64,000 bases of DNA from Terriglobia bacterium (GCA_963555775.3 CAUVWY020000001.1:69534-133533); one strand, 5' to 3'. Positions 9,863 through 18,718 are shown, numbered from the stretch's first letter. A program made the numbers and translations. Notes: a model not told the origin generated them from the sequence alone.

Positions 9863-10459
9863 TCAGGGCGCGAGGGTGGGCAAGTCGAGACCACGGAGTT
9901 GGTCGATTTCCTGCTGTACCATGGGATTTTGAGGGTAGCCGGGATTCATTTCGATCAACCGCTCCCAGAGTTCAATTGCGCCCTCGGTATCGTTCCGGCT
10001 CTCCAGCAACACGACGCCCATGTTGAAGAGCGTCTGCGGATGGCCGGGATCGAGTTCCAGTGAACGCTCGAGCTCGGCCAGGGCTTCTGCCGGCCTGTCT
10101 GAATAGTACAGCGCCGTCCCCATGTCCGTACGGATGTTGGCGTCGTCGGGCGCGATCGCCAAGGCCCGTTCGTAGTAGCCAATGGCGCCGGCGAAATCCT
10201 GAATCTCGAAGTGCAGGTTCCCCAGATCCGACAGCAACAGGAAATCGTCGGGGTTCTCGGCAAGACGCCGCTCCAGCTCCGCAATCATGTCGCGCTGCGC
10301 CTCGGAACCGCCCGCGGGAGGGGCGCCGTCGGCGACGCCTGGAACGATCAACGGTCCCGGATCGCGGTCCCGCACGAGCAGATACGTCGCGATAAACCCA
10401 ATGAGGATACCGAAAACGACCGGGATCGCTGCCTTGGTCATCGGGGACGATGATATCAC
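9863..10459 (-). CDS. Membrane-anchored tetratricopeptide-repeat protein
   Basis: N-terminal TM segment followed by about 4 TPR units ('GNLHFEIQDFAGAIGYYERALAIAPDD', and similar). Confidence 0.75.
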   Translation of the reverse strand: MISSSPMTKAAIPVVFGILIGFIATYLLVRDRDPGPLIVPGVADGAPPAGGSEAQRDMIAELERRLAENPDDFLLLSDLGNLHFEIQDFAGAIGYYERALAIAPDDANIRTDMGTALYYSDRPAEALAELERSLELDPGHPQTLFNMGVVLLESRNDTEGAIELWERLIEMNPGYPQNPMVQQEIDQLRGLDLPTLAP

Positions 10460-10844
10460 GCGGCAGGACGCGCGGCGGGCGCCACGCGACGGCCGTCATC
10501 GGATATTGGCGAGGCCGCGCCCGTTACCCTGCGTGGCTATCGCCCGCAGGTAACGTAGAGGGTTTGCCGGCAGATGCCAATGCCGAACTCGCGGACCGCG
10601 CGAACCGCAAGACATTCGGCCGCGCCCTCCCTGTTGGTCTTACAGGCAAGCTTTTTTGTCGATGGGTGGAATGTTGTAGTCGTGTTGTTCGGTATAGAAT
10701 CTTGTTGGCCCCTTAATTTGTCTCGCATTTCGGGGAGCACTTTCACTCTCGGGTGGTCGATTTTTCGGCCAAACCTGCTCCAAGAGGAGGCAGCGATCGG
10801 TATCAAGCGGGTAGGCAATAACCGTGACAGGCAGGCGGGCAAGG

Positions 10845-11285
10845 ATGATGGATATCGTCGACAGCCAGCGGCGAAGCGAGATGATGGCCGGCATCAAGGG
10901 ACGCGATACAACGCCCGAGATCGTTGTCCGTCGAATCGCGCACGGCTTGGGTTTCCGTTTTCGTCTGTACCGCAAGGATCTTCCCGGTCGTCCCGACATA
11001 TCGTTTCCACGGCACCGGGTCGTTGTCTTCGTGCATGGCTGTTTCTGGCACAGGCACGATGGATGCAGATACGCGTACACCCCGAAAACCAGGGTTCGGT
11101 TCTGGACCGAAAAGTTCAGCCAGAACGTCGCCAGAGACCGTCGAAATGACGAATTGCTGCACAACCTCGGCTGGCGTGTCCACGTCATTTGGGAGTGCGA
11201 AACGCGGGACAAGACCGCTGTGAAAGAACGTCTTCTGGATTGCCTTCCCAGGGATGCTGCGGCGGCGAGCGAGTCATCCACATGA
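10845..11285 (+). CDS. vsr: Very short patch repair endonuclease
   Basis: 'RSEMMAGIKGRDTTPEIVVRR...GRPDISFPRHRVVVFVHGCFWHRH' is the Vsr signature. Start chosen at ATG 10845. The stop overlaps the dcm start (ATGA). Confidence 0.85.
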   Translation: MMDIVDSQRRSEMMAGIKGRDTTPEIVVRRIAHGLGFRFRLYRKDLPGRPDISFPRHRVVVFVHGCFWHRHDGCRYAYTPKTRVRFWTEKFSQNVARDRRNDELLHNLGWRVHVIWECETRDKTAVKERLLDCLPRDAAAASESST

Positions 11286-12235
11286 TACGAGGATGCGACA
11301 TCTTCTGCGGTGCCGGCGGCAGCAGCGTCGGAGCACGGGCGGCAGGAATTGAGATGGTTGCCGGTATCGACATGTGCGCAACGGCAACGGCAACGTACGC
11401 GGCTAACTTCCCTGACGCATACGTTGTGACCAACCGATTGGAAGATATCTCCATAGACGACTTCAAGGAGCAGGCGGGGTCAATCGACATTCTGCTGGCA
11501 TCGCCGGAGTGCCGGAATCATACCTGCGCCAAAGGCTCCGCGCCCAGGGATGAATCCAGCCGGGCAACCGCGATGCATGTGATTGAATATGCCCGCGTGC
11601 TGGCGCCGAGGTGGCTTGTTCTCGAAAACGTCATCTATATGCGCCCGTGGTCGCGGTATGCAGAACTGAAACACAGGCTCCAGACACTCGGATATCACCT
11701 TGACGAACGAATTTTTGACGCTTCCGATTTTGGCGTCGCGCAGAAGCGGAGGCGGTTGTTTCTGGTCGGGGATCGCGAAGGCCCGCCCAATTTGAAGCTG
11801 AGGAAATGCCCTGGGGGACGCAAATCAGCCGAGTCCATTCTCGATCCCTCCGGGACATGGAAGACATCGCCCCTGGACAAGGAGAACCGAGCCAAGGCCA
11901 CGCTTGAGAGGGCACGACGCGGATTCGAAGCTCTTGGCCACGAAGCCAGTTTCCTGCTGGTTTATTACGGCAGCGACGGAAGTGGTGGCTGGCAGCCCCT
12001 CAATCGCCCTCTTCGCACCATTACCACGGTCGACCGATTCGCGCTCGTTGAGCACGACGGGAACAGGTCGAGGATGCGCATGTTGCAGGTACCGGAACTC
12101 AAACGAGCCATGGGTTTCAGCGACGACTTCGAATTGCCGACGGGTACGCGCCGCGACCGAATCCGACTTCTCGGAAACGGGGTTTGCCCACCTGTGATGG
12201 AAAACGTTGTGCGATCTTTGGTGTCCGTTACCTGA
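11282..12235 (+). CDS. dcm: DNA (cytosine-5)-methyltransferase
   Basis: Motif I 'DIFCGAGG', motif VI 'LENV', motif VIII 'QKRRRLF', motif X 'GNGVCPPV'. Motif IV reads 'SPECRNHT' rather than the canonical PCQ. Confidence 0.85.
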   Translation: MIRGCDIFCGAGGSSVGARAAGIEMVAGIDMCATATATYAANFPDAYVVTNRLEDISIDDFKEQAGSIDILLASPECRNHTCAKGSAPRDESSRATAMHVIEYARVLAPRWLVLENVIYMRPWSRYAELKHRLQTLGYHLDERIFDASDFGVAQKRRRLFLVGDREGPPNLKLRKCPGGRKSAESILDPSGTWKTSPLDKENRAKATLERARRGFEALGHEASFLLVYYGSDGSGGWQPLNRPLRTITTVDRFALVEHDGNRSRMRMLQVPELKRAMGFSDDFELPTGTRRDRIRLLGNGVCPPVMENVVRSLVSVT

Positions 12236-12286
12236 CTGGCTGGGGCATACCCTTGCCGGACGTTGAGTAAGCAGAATGACCCATTG

Positions 12287-13570
12287 TCAGAACGAAATCT
12301 TGCCTGGCCGCGCACCGTAGCTGTGAATCTGATAAATGAGATCGTTGAGTATCTGCTCGCGAAGCCGGTAGATAGGGACAGCGTTTTGTGCGTCGGCCGA
12401 AGGTTTCGAAATCGGAAAACGAGCGCTGACACGTAACATCCGAACCTCGCCATACCACTCAAACGCCGGACTGGTCCATACCGCGGGAGACGGTTTTTTG
12501 CTCCTGTTCCTTTTGATTTCTGGAAAGTCCAGACCAAGAAAACAGGGCACTGGTCCAGGTTGCCTCTGAGCGTGGTCGCACGCAGCCTGGGCCTGCACAA
12601 GGACCCAGCGAAAGCGCTCGTCGTCGGGCGCGAAATCCTTGCATCGAAACTCGTTTGGCGCGGCGTCTCTCTCCGCAACGCCGAAAGCATTTTCGAAGTC
12701 TTCCCGATCCGTTGTCGGCAACGGGATGACGCAACCGCGCTCCGATCCCTCCAAACTTCCTGGATCTGCAATGTGAACCATCCGGTTGAGCTTGGCCGCT
12801 AATGCCGGGGAGAGCCGTTGCGTACCGGTAATCGTAAAGGCGGCCCGCCAGACATGGTCGTCACTCTCGCCGGAGCGCAGGTTGCCGATCCGATCCGCCA
12901 GAATCGGTAACAGTGCTTCGTTCACGGCCCGAAAGCGGTCGACGTCCACGTGATCCTGGCCAACCGCTTCGATCGCGAGTCTCGCAAGAATTCTCCCGAT
13001 CTCTTCCGCCTGCTTGTCTGCCTTCTCTGTCGAAACCAACTCCAATATTGAAGACACGGTGCTTCCGGTCGCTTTGACCATACGGCTCTCCCAATCGAAC
13101 AGAGCGCCGATTTGCGGTAACTTCTCAGTGATACCGATTATCGCCTTCATGAGCGCTTCTTCATCCTTGACAGTACCGTTGCTGTCCAGGTGGTCGGCCT
13201 TCGCCAGGGGGAGAACATCTAACGGTCCCGGTACACCTTTGAGACGCTCAAGAAAATGTCGGATTTCAGTTGCCTGATCCGGGTACTGGGTCCACAACAC
13301 GATGAAATACGGGCCGGACGGCTTGATGGTGCGCTCCAGAAGTCCACCGATCGTGCTGAAGTCCGTCGTATGATCGGGTGTCAGAGTACCGCCGCCGAGG
13401 TGAAGGTCGGCGAAGATGACCCGGACATCGGGGCATGGCTTGATGTTGGCTGTGTCGCCGGTGAAGTGAATCCGAAGGCATGCCACGCCGTGCCGGTTCA
13501 GGCTGTTCGCTAAACCGGCCAGATGTTCGCTCTGGTCGTCGATAGCTATGACTTTCGGTGAGGTGAACAT
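12287..13570 (-). CDS. Receiver (REC) domain protein with an unassigned ~300-aa C-terminal domain
   Basis: All canonical receiver positions are readable: 'IAIDD', 'VIFADLHL', 'IVLWTQ', 'LPLAKAD'. The remaining sequence has no motif I recognise. The ATG at 13570 overlaps the upstream stop (TGATG). Confidence 0.7.
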   Translation of the reverse strand: MFTSPKVIAIDDQSEHLAGLANSLNRHGVACLRIHFTGDTANIKPCPDVRVIFADLHLGGGTLTPDHTTDFSTIGGLLERTIKPSGPYFIVLWTQYPDQATEIRHFLERLKGVPGPLDVLPLAKADHLDSNGTVKDEEALMKAIIGITEKLPQIGALFDWESRMVKATGSTVSSILELVSTEKADKQAEEIGRILARLAIEAVGQDHVDVDRFRAVNEALLPILADRIGNLRSGESDDHVWRAAFTITGTQRLSPALAAKLNRMVHIADPGSLEGSERGCVIPLPTTDREDFENAFGVAERDAAPNEFRCKDFAPDDERFRWVLVQAQAACDHAQRQPGPVPCFLGLDFPEIKRNRSKKPSPAVWTSPAFEWYGEVRMLRVSARFPISKPSADAQNAVPIYRLREQILNDLIYQIHSYGARPGKISF

Positions 13571-15714
13571 CACTTGCCCGCCTTGAAGATCATGGCGACG
13601 ACGGCGCCATCGTACTCAACCGGGATATCGACTTCATCACGATCTGGAAATACGAGTTGGCCGCCGTTCAATTCCATCGCCAAATTCGCGTAGTATAGTC
13701 CGAGGCCCATCCCGTCAGGCTTGCGTGTAAAGAACGGGCGCACGAGATGTCCGGGAGCATCCCCTTGGAAGCCTGCCCCATTGTCCGCGACGACAATGGC
13801 CGGTCCTTTCTCGAAATCGTCCGACGTTCCCACAAAAAGACGCCGTTCGGAAGTCACGCCATCTTCCGACAACACCGGCCATCTGACCCGCATCCAGTAG
13901 AGCGAGTTGTCGATCAGGTTGTTCAGTGCCCCCAACACCAGTCCGAATGAAAAGCTGGACTCGAAACCGACGACGCCCTTTAGCAATGGGGAGGCAAATT
14001 GGATTTGGTGGTGGCGAAAACGCAGAAGATTGAACTGACGCGCCCGTTCGACGAGTTGGCGTGCGCTATGCTGTTTCTTGCTGTCTCGGCGCAATAGTGT
14101 GGAAAAGCCGTCAAGAACTCTCGTGAGTTCCTGTGCTTGATTGGCCGCGCCCTTGATGTCTCGGCCTTGGACGATAACCTGATGCAACGCTCGGACCCCT
14201 CTCTCCACCTCATGAAATACGACAGCAAGGTTTAGGCCGGACATCCCAGCCGCAAGCAGCGTCTCCTGCATGTTTACGTAATCCTGCTCGATCTTCGCCA
14301 CATAGGGTTCGAAGGTCTCCGAAACATCATGCTTTGCGAGTTCTCGCCTCAGTTGCTGAATGGGTTTCTCGATACGCGACACGGTTGGGTCACTCGGCTT
14401 TTCCGTTAGCCGCCTGATTCGCTCCTTGTCGAACTGCCGTTCCTCCTCAAGCGCTCCAAGCGCCCCTAACACAATCTTCCGCAGTCGATCGCACGCGTCG
14501 TTCTCAACGAAACCTTCCCGGTTGGTCTTCTCTAAGAGTCGGCCCGACGATTCCAAAGACAGATGTACCGCTCCCAGAACGATGTTCCGGCTGATTCGGC
14601 GAGTCGGGATGTTCACGCGCCGGAGATCGAGGCCAAGCCAGTCATCACCACTTTCTCCGTAGTTGTAAACCCGAATGCCGTCACGGTAGACGCGAATCCC
14701 ACCGTTTTCATCGAGATAGCTGGTCAACAAACGGGTATCGCCCAGTCGTCGAAGCACTTCCCTGTCACGGTCAAACACGTGAAACTCGCCAGAGATGGGA
14801 CCGATGCCCCGTGTCGTCGTCTCATCGGCAACAACCTTTTTATCCATTCGTCTACTACCCGAGTCTGGCGGGAGCTTCAGCCTGTCACCGCTTCGCGACA
14901 CCGTCCTTGGGTCAAGCTTGAATCCGGGAACCTGTCTGAACTCATACGTATAGTAAAATCGTCCCTCTTCCAGTCGGAAAGCGAATTTCCAGATCGCTCG
15001 ATCAACTATTTCTGCAAAGTCGGGCAGGTCTTCGATCCAACCCTCGTTTCCCGGAACCTGCAAAGTTGCCTGGAATTCCCCAGGTCCCTCGAATGGCGAG
15101 CAGATCGACGTAATCTGAGCGTGAAGACGCCGGACATCCCTTCGAGACCAAACCGGTGGACGCAATTCGCGGATCTCGATCCGCGTGCCAGTTTTCTCTT
15201 CGGTGAATACTTCCGCGGGACGAACGCGAATCCTGACTGGCGCTTCGTCCAAGTACGGTTTGTCAATCAGTTCGTTCCAATCGATATCCACGACACATTC
15301 ATTGGAGTCGCGCGCACGCGTGGTCAAACGGATGCGGTTTCCAAGTTTGTGAACGGCGAATCGCCCAAGCCCCTTTTCTCCAAGGGGGAGTCGATGATGT
15401 ATGGGGGAACGCTCACTATTTTCCCGTTGCTTCCGGCGGTGATCGTCCCCCGGGACAAGCCAGACCGACCGCAGCAGGTCCAGCGACATACCCTCGCCGT
15501 CGTCGGTCACTGTAATCGAGGGTTCCTCCTCCGGAGCCAAGTCGATCTGAACGACAGCTTCATTGGCATCGGCGTCGTAGGCGTTCTTGACCAATTCAAA
15601 GACCGCCAGGCGCGGACTCCCGATCAATTCATCGCCAAGCAACTGCAACACTCTGGCCCGGGGCCGGAACGGCTGGTTGATTTCTCTTGGCGTCACTGGG
15701 TCACGCTCGTTCAT
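13570..15714 (-). CDS. Dual-GHKL protein: N-terminal MORC/MutL/Hsp90-like ATPase fused to a histidine-kinase-like C-terminus
   Basis: N-terminal set: 'ELVKNAYDAD', 'DDGEGM', 'GEKGLGRF'. C-terminal set: 'VVFHEVERGV' (H-box-like), 'LNNLIDNSLYW', 'VADNGAGF', 'GMGLGLYYA'. No TM segments. ATGA overlap with the upstream gene. Confidence 0.75.
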   Translation of the reverse strand: MNERDPVTPREINQPFRPRARVLQLLGDELIGSPRLAVFELVKNAYDADANEAVVQIDLAPEEEPSITVTDDGEGMSLDLLRSVWLVPGDDHRRKQRENSERSPIHHRLPLGEKGLGRFAVHKLGNRIRLTTRARDSNECVVDIDWNELIDKPYLDEAPVRIRVRPAEVFTEEKTGTRIEIRELRPPVWSRRDVRRLHAQITSICSPFEGPGEFQATLQVPGNEGWIEDLPDFAEIVDRAIWKFAFRLEEGRFYYTYEFRQVPGFKLDPRTVSRSGDRLKLPPDSGSRRMDKKVVADETTTRGIGPISGEFHVFDRDREVLRRLGDTRLLTSYLDENGGIRVYRDGIRVYNYGESGDDWLGLDLRRVNIPTRRISRNIVLGAVHLSLESSGRLLEKTNREGFVENDACDRLRKIVLGALGALEEERQFDKERIRRLTEKPSDPTVSRIEKPIQQLRRELAKHDVSETFEPYVAKIEQDYVNMQETLLAAGMSGLNLAVVFHEVERGVRALHQVIVQGRDIKGAANQAQELTRVLDGFSTLLRRDSKKQHSARQLVERARQFNLLRFRHHQIQFASPLLKGVVGFESSFSFGLVLGALNNLIDNSLYWMRVRWPVLSEDGVTSERRLFVGTSDDFEKGPAIVVADNGAGFQGDAPGHLVRPFFTRKPDGMGLGLYYANLAMELNGGQLVFPDRDEVDIPVEYDGAVVAMIFKAGK

Positions 15715-16493
15715 CCGTGATTTTCCCCAAGCACTTCGATCAGTTCAGCGACCACCCGAAGCTCGCCTTCGTCCTCGCCGGTCAGGACGATGGGCTCGAA
15801 AGCGGGGTTGTTTGGTTTCAGGGTGATGCGGGTGTGGCGCCAAGCGCCGTCTGGAATGGCAGGCTCCATGGACTTGCCGACGACCTGGGCGACGAACATG
15901 CCCGGGCGCAAATGGTGGCGCGTGTCGATGGCGGCCCATTCGAAGTCATCCGTTTCGTCGATAGTTTGCGGGTCGCCGAAGGCGCCGGCTGCGGCCTGGA
16001 ACGGGATGAGCGGAACGCAGGTGACGTATCGGTCCGCTGGTTCCGTCTCGACAATGCGCGGGCGGAACGGAACGATCTCGGCCATCGCGCGTTTGGCCTT
16101 GTCGTAAACGCGGCATTCGATCTGACCGCTGCTCAGAGCTTCGAGAACGGCTGGCACTCCGTGCAGGAAGGGATTGTCCTGCTTTTCGGACTCGATGCTC
16201 CGATCAAGGGCTTCTGGTGCCCTGGCGCGTACGGAGTCGAGCAGCGCCTTGCGCGTGCGGTGAGTTGTTTCGGCACCCATCAGCACGCGGATCTTCTTGA
16301 GGCCTTGCCATTTTCCGTCCAGCGCAAGCAACGCGCCGATCTCGAAAAATCCCGTCGCGACATCGAAGGCACTGGCGATCCCCGCCCATTCTTCCAGGTA
16401 GGGCAGCCCGGTCCAGCCAGAGACGCTGTTGTCGACGATAAAGAGGCCGCGACCTCTGGATTCAGCGCTCACTCGGTCCTCCCGGCTGAGCAC
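15711..16493 (-). CDS. Chimeric mini-protein: PLD-like N-terminal segment joined to a partial S24/LexA-like peptidase C-terminus
   Basis: 'AFDVATGFFEIGALLALDGKWQGLKKIRVLMG' resembles the N-terminus of large PLD-helicase proteins, but no HxK motif follows. The C-terminal 'AAGAFGD...FVAQVVGKSMEPAIPDGAW' is an S24 Ser-box with the Lys region missing. Start is ambiguous (GTG 16493 or GTG 16472). Confidence 0.5.
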   Translation of the reverse strand: MLSREDRVSAESRGRGLFIVDNSVSGWTGLPYLEEWAGIASAFDVATGFFEIGALLALDGKWQGLKKIRVLMGAETTHRTRKALLDSVRARAPEALDRSIESEKQDNPFLHGVPAVLEALSSGQIECRVYDKAKRAMAEIVPFRPRIVETEPADRYVTCVPLIPFQAAAGAFGDPQTIDETDDFEWAAIDTRHHLRPGMFVAQVVGKSMEPAIPDGAWRHTRITLKPNNPAFEPIVLTGEDEGELRVVAELIEVLGENHG

Positions 16494-16707
16494 GACCGTT
16501 TCGCTTTGTCATTGGCCGGTTGGCTCCAGCAGCCCGGGTTTTTACCTCGATCCAGGAATCGATAGCCGTTCGAAGGAACCGCCACTGACCGCCGACCTTG
16601 AAGGCGGGCAGGTCGCCCTTCTGGACAAGACCGTACACCGTCTTCTCTGCCACCTTGAGGAGGTGAGCCACATCGGAGATGGTGAGGATGTCGTCTTGGC
16701 TTGTCAT
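16462..16707 (-). CDS. Excisionase/MerR-like helix-turn-helix DNA-binding protein
   Basis: 'LTISDVAHLLKVAEKTVYGLVQKGDLPAFKVGGQWRFLRTAIDSWI' is the HTH_17/Xis-type signature. It is the first gene of the minus-strand operon. Confidence 0.7.
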   Translation of the reverse strand: MTSQDDILTISDVAHLLKVAEKTVYGLVQKGDLPAFKVGGQWRFLRTAIDSWIEVKTRAAGANRPMTKRNGRAQPGGPSER

Positions 16708-16782
16708 AGCTACCCATCCGGGAAAACTTCGGGTAAATCTACCAGAACTTTCCAAAATAAGTTAAATGTCGGAAGAACTGAT

Positions 16783-16989
16783 CGCATGACATCATTAGCT
16801 GATCAAGCGGGCAGCTTCGATATTAGTTGTGTTGTTCCTGGTGTATATCGTCTACACGCTTGGCGTGATCTGGCCGGTGCCGAATTTCGTAACGCCGAGT
16901 TCATCCGATTCATACAAAAACTCGCTCACCCATTAAGTCTGCCTGCCGCCGAGAACAAAGCCATTAGAATGACGGTACCGGAGGTGTGA
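16783..16989 (+). pseudogene. 3' remnant of a carboxypeptidase-regulatory-like-domain gene, paralog of the next gene
   Basis: 'ADQAGSFDISCVVPGVYRLHAWRDLAGAEFRNAEF' aligns by eye with the C-terminus of the 555-aa neighbour, 'TDQTGTFSIGGVPPGEHRILAWEFSLPNAFKNTAF'. No matching upstream coding sequence. Confidence 0.55.
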
Positions 16990-17018
16990 ACAACTCAACC
17001 GAACAACCGGGGCCCATC

Positions 17019-18653
17019 ATGAGCAGAAAGAATCGTCTTGCTGTTGTTTTCGTCCTTGTCTCGTCGGTGATTGTCCCTTTCCGGACATTCGCCGAGACCG
17101 CGCCGGTGTTTGGCGCAATCACGCAAGGCGGAGCTGTCATCGAAGGCACAGTTATCGATACCAGAACCGGTAAGGGACTTCCTGGGGTTAGCGTGGAACT
17201 GACGCTGACACCCAGGCCTCAATGGGACGTGACCCGCGCTGTAACCGATGCGGCAGGAAAATTCATGCTGATCGGCCTTTCTCCTGGACGATATCATCTC
17301 ACTGCATCCAAGACTGGCTATGCGAATGGGGAGATCGAGGATCCGTTAAGAAGTACGGGTGCGATCATCGCGGTCGCCCCAGACCAACAAATTGAGGACG
17401 TCCGAGTTCCCTTGGTTCCAACTTCCGCGCTTTCCGGCCGAGTAATTGACGCGCAAGGGCAGCCGAGGAGCGGGGTCCGGGTCACTCTCCTTCAATCCGG
17501 TTACTACCTGAATGGGGCGGTCATACTTCAACCAATCGGTAGGGCACTCACCGATGACAGCGGAAACTATCTATTGTCAGACTTGGCGCCCGGCCGATAT
17601 CACTTGCTGGCAACTGGTACAACCGGACTTTCAATAGTCCCCACTTACTACCCTGGCGTATCGGCGACGGACGCTTCGGTGCCCCTGACCATGCTTCCAG
17701 GAATCCATGTCAGCAACCTCGAAGCTCGGTTATTCGGTGGCGAGCAATACTCGATTGGCATGAGGTTGGTGAGTGCTGCTCCGGTCCCAGACGATCTACG
17801 ATTTAACCTACGGGAACGTAGTGATGTAATCACAACGACCCTCTTTGGCTCACGAACAGATACTTCCCAAGATGGCCACTACGTCGTGAGCGGAATACCA
17901 CCAGGTCGCTATACGCTTGAAATCGTGTCGAGCAGCGCTTCGCAAGCGATACGTAAGGTCATCGACATCGATATATTCAACCAGGATATCGATCTCGGAA
18001 CGATTACAATCGACACTCCAACATCGATCGCAGGTCGCGTCATTTTGGAAGTGGACGCACCCCTGCCTGCTGCCATTTCGTTATTTCCCCTACCGATATT
18101 TAATGGACGACTCGCGACCTCAAGGATTCAGGAAGATGGCACGTTCACACTGGATCGAGTATCGGATGGCCGGTACTCGGTACAACTTCCGACTTTGCCA
18201 TCTACCAGTTACATCAGGTCAATTCGCCTTGATGGGACCGAATCACTGTGGACGGGAGTAGTCGTTGGGGGAGAGCCTCAGGGAACGCTGGAAGTTTTCG
18301 GCGGCGGTCCGGCGGGAATAGTAGAGGGAAGAGTCGTTGACTCCGAACGCCAACCCGCTGCCAATGCACGCGTCGTTCTAATCCCTGGCACGGACAAACC
18401 TGAAAACACCGATCTACTTCTAACCACGGTCACCGATCAGACGGGTACGTTCTCCATAGGCGGCGTTCCTCCAGGTGAGCATCGAATTCTGGCGTGGGAA
18501 TTTAGTTTGCCAAACGCCTTCAAGAACACCGCATTCCTGGAAGAATTCGAGATTGGGAGTGTTCCTGTGACTGTGGACGGGGGCTTGAGGAGCGTCGTGT
18601 ACATCGAGGCAATCCCTGCTGCCAGAACTAAAGCTTTTTCGTCAATAAACTAA
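17019..18653 (+). CDS. Secreted protein with repeated carboxypeptidase-regulatory-like (CarboxypepD_reg) domains
   Basis: Signal peptide after Met at 17019. Repeated pattern 'G.V.D..G.P..GV.V.L......TD..G.F.L..L.PG.Y.L'. Confidence 0.8.
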   Translation: MSRKNRLAVVFVLVSSVIVPFRTFAETAPVFGAITQGGAVIEGTVIDTRTGKGLPGVSVELTLTPRPQWDVTRAVTDAAGKFMLIGLSPGRYHLTASKTGYANGEIEDPLRSTGAIIAVAPDQQIEDVRVPLVPTSALSGRVIDAQGQPRSGVRVTLLQSGYYLNGAVILQPIGRALTDDSGNYLLSDLAPGRYHLLATGTTGLSIVPTYYPGVSATDASVPLTMLPGIHVSNLEARLFGGEQYSIGMRLVSAAPVPDDLRFNLRERSDVITTTLFGSRTDTSQDGHYVVSGIPPGRYTLEIVSSSASQAIRKVIDIDIFNQDIDLGTITIDTPTSIAGRVILEVDAPLPAAISLFPLPIFNGRLATSRIQEDGTFTLDRVSDGRYSVQLPTLPSTSYIRSIRLDGTESLWTGVVVGGEPQGTLEVFGGGPAGIVEGRVVDSERQPAANARVVLIPGTDKPENTDLLLTTVTDQTGTFSIGGVPPGEHRILAWEFSLPNAFKNTAFLEEFEIGSVPVTVDGGLRSVVYIEAIPAARTKAFSSIN

Positions 18654-18718
18654 GAAGTCACAAGGCCGATTGGGTTTGCCGTTCGAAGGCGAAACCCGAG
18701 GCGCTCAGGCATGTACTA

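Noticed and set aside
10522-10555. Imperfect hairpin cgttaccctgcg-N11-cgcaggtaacg between the TPR gene start and the islet
   Set aside because: It has one bulged base and no T-tract, and it lies upstream of a minus-strand gene start rather than at a gene end. The functional assignment (operator, attachment site or terminator) would be pure speculation.
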